The notes beneath the pieces are model-generated. The model worked only from the letters and a program-made list of their open reading frames with translations. It had not been told where the DNA came from and searched no databases. Positions 63,283 to 64,000 of a stretch of DNA of 64,000 bases are shown one piece after another. Both the position numbers and the translations under genes were made by a program. Every line of letters starts with the position of its first letter. Within the stretch, counting starts at the first letter, position 1. The stretch is from a virus: positions 64,001 through 128,000 of the IMG/VR virus record IMGVR_UViG_3300003690_003472; one strand, given 5' to 3'.

Positions 63283-63290
63283 ACTATTTA
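63283..63290 (+). promoter_or_regulatory. Putative late promoter motif ACTATTTA
   Basis: Followed by SD AAGGGAG and ATG 63314. Confidence 0.6.
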
Positions 63291-63313
63291 ATATAGTTAA
63301 GGGAGATCATTCC

Positions 63314-63538
63314 ATGAAAATTACCAAAACTAAATTACAACAAATTATCAAAGAAGAGCTAGAGGATGAATGGTTGCATGATCCGGAAGCAGAAAAAGAT
63401 GCAAAAATTAAATGGCTCGAAGAGCGCGTCGGAGAGCTTTTCGAAAGAGTTGTTGGCCTAGAGCAAGAAGCTGGTATCGAATGGCGCGGCGGGGGCCGCC
63501 TGCCGCCGCCTGGCGGATGGCGCGGAGGCGGTGAATAA
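63314..63538 (+). CDS. Small protein with an MKITKTKLQQIIKEE leader and a WRGGG-repeat tail
   Basis: Shared leader, SD and late-type motif. Confidence 0.65.
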   Translation: MKITKTKLQQIIKEELEDEWLHDPEAEKDAKIKWLEERVGELFERVVGLEQEAGIEWRGGGRLPPPGGWRGGGE

Positions 63539-63539
63539 T

Positions 63540-63956
63540 ATGAAACTTACCAGAACACAACTTACACAACTTATTAAAGAAGAGATTGTTCAAGCAATAA
63601 AAGAAGGTGACGTCGTTCAGGGCCCATGGGGAAAGACCGAAGAAGATCCTGGCATTGTTGGAGGAGAAGAACTTCCGGAAGAATATCAATATGAATATGT
63701 TTTAGATGAATTGGTTAATGCAGCTAGAGATGGTATAATGCCTATTGCCATAGATAAGCTTAAGGCAGCAAACGCATACCGCGAGGGATCCCGGTCTAAT
63801 ACACCGGGCGACATACGCATAGATGCTCCTGGCTTTACTTATAATGATATTGAACTAGAAATTGAAGAGCCTCTATTAGATGCCCTTAAGCCACTAGCTA
63901 AATTAATTCAAGCTAAAACGGATCGCGCGTCGGAGGACAACGACGATGACTGGTAA
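63540..63956 (+). CDS. Small acidic protein with an MKLTRTQLTQLIKEE leader
   Basis: GGAGG at 63524 favours ATG 63540. Shared leader. Confidence 0.65.
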   Translation: MKLTRTQLTQLIKEEIVQAIKEGDVVQGPWGKTEEDPGIVGGEELPEEYQYEYVLDELVNAARDGIMPIAIDKLKAANAYREGSRSNTPGDIRIDAPGFTYNDIELEIEEPLLDALKPLAKLIQAKTDRASEDNDDDW

Positions 63957-63964
63957 ACAATAAT

Positions 63965-64000
63965 ATGAAGCTAACCAAGACAAAACTTAAAGAAATTATT
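63965..64000 (+). CDS. Start of another leader-family ORF (MKLTKTKLKEII...), truncated by the window end
   Basis: ATG AAG CTA ACC AAG ACA AAA CTT AAA GAA ATT ATT, read directly from the sequence. Confidence 0.65.
   Translation, partial: MKLTKTKLKEII

Noticed and set aside
243-63689. Many minus-strand ORFs and short nested plus-strand ORFs in the track (e.g. 19505-19999, 32914-33444, 35321-36028, 45573-46091)
   Set aside because: They lie entirely within long, motif-bearing + strand genes, lack SDs and read as antisense or alternate-frame shadows.
1-64000. tRNA or other structured ncRNA genes
   Set aside because: Intergenic gaps are short, and no cloverleaf or TTCGA/CCA pattern was recognised by eye. 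tRNAscan/Infernal would be needed to exclude them fully.
1-64000. Stop-codon reassignment (alternative genetic code)
   Set aside because: TAA, TAG and TGA all end conserved full-length genes under code 11, and coding density is high.

Overview
This window is 64 kb of an AT-rich (roughly one-third GC by eye), large myovirus genome. Every credible gene is on the + strand and uses the standard code. It has T4-like morphogenesis genes: TerL, portal, prohead protease, scaffold, gp23-like major capsid protein (MCP), neck, sheath, two tube paralogs, gp26/gp51-like pair, tape measure and baseplate. Two replication/recombination blocks are interleaved: (1) RuvC-like, primase, ParB-like and a fused Mre11-Rad50 (SbcD-SbcC); (2) a compact family-A polymerase, a tubulin/FtsZ-like protein, a gp32-like SSB and RecA/UvsX. 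There is also a holin/spanin-like cassette and a phage-encoded ribosomal protein bS21 inside the head module. The most interesting pattern is two-tier gene expression. Replication genes follow sigma70-type promoters, and three of them (primase, SbcCD, PolA) appear leaderless with no Shine-Dalgarno (SD). Structural genes follow a recurring (A/T)CTA(T/A)TTA motif plus strong SD sites, and bS21 is co-located with them, suggesting a possible phage-driven translational switch. Other notable signals are an [ST][GA][ST] motif confined to virion surface proteins (possible glycosylation sequon), a shared MK(L/I)T..L..(L/I)IKEE leader (possible head-targeting/cleavage tag), twin identical-loop hairpins before parB, and a hairpin-caged SD plus T7 run at the gp26/gp51 junction. 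All functional calls come from motif recognition only; no database searches were run. No tRNA, CRISPR array, integrase or transposase was seen.
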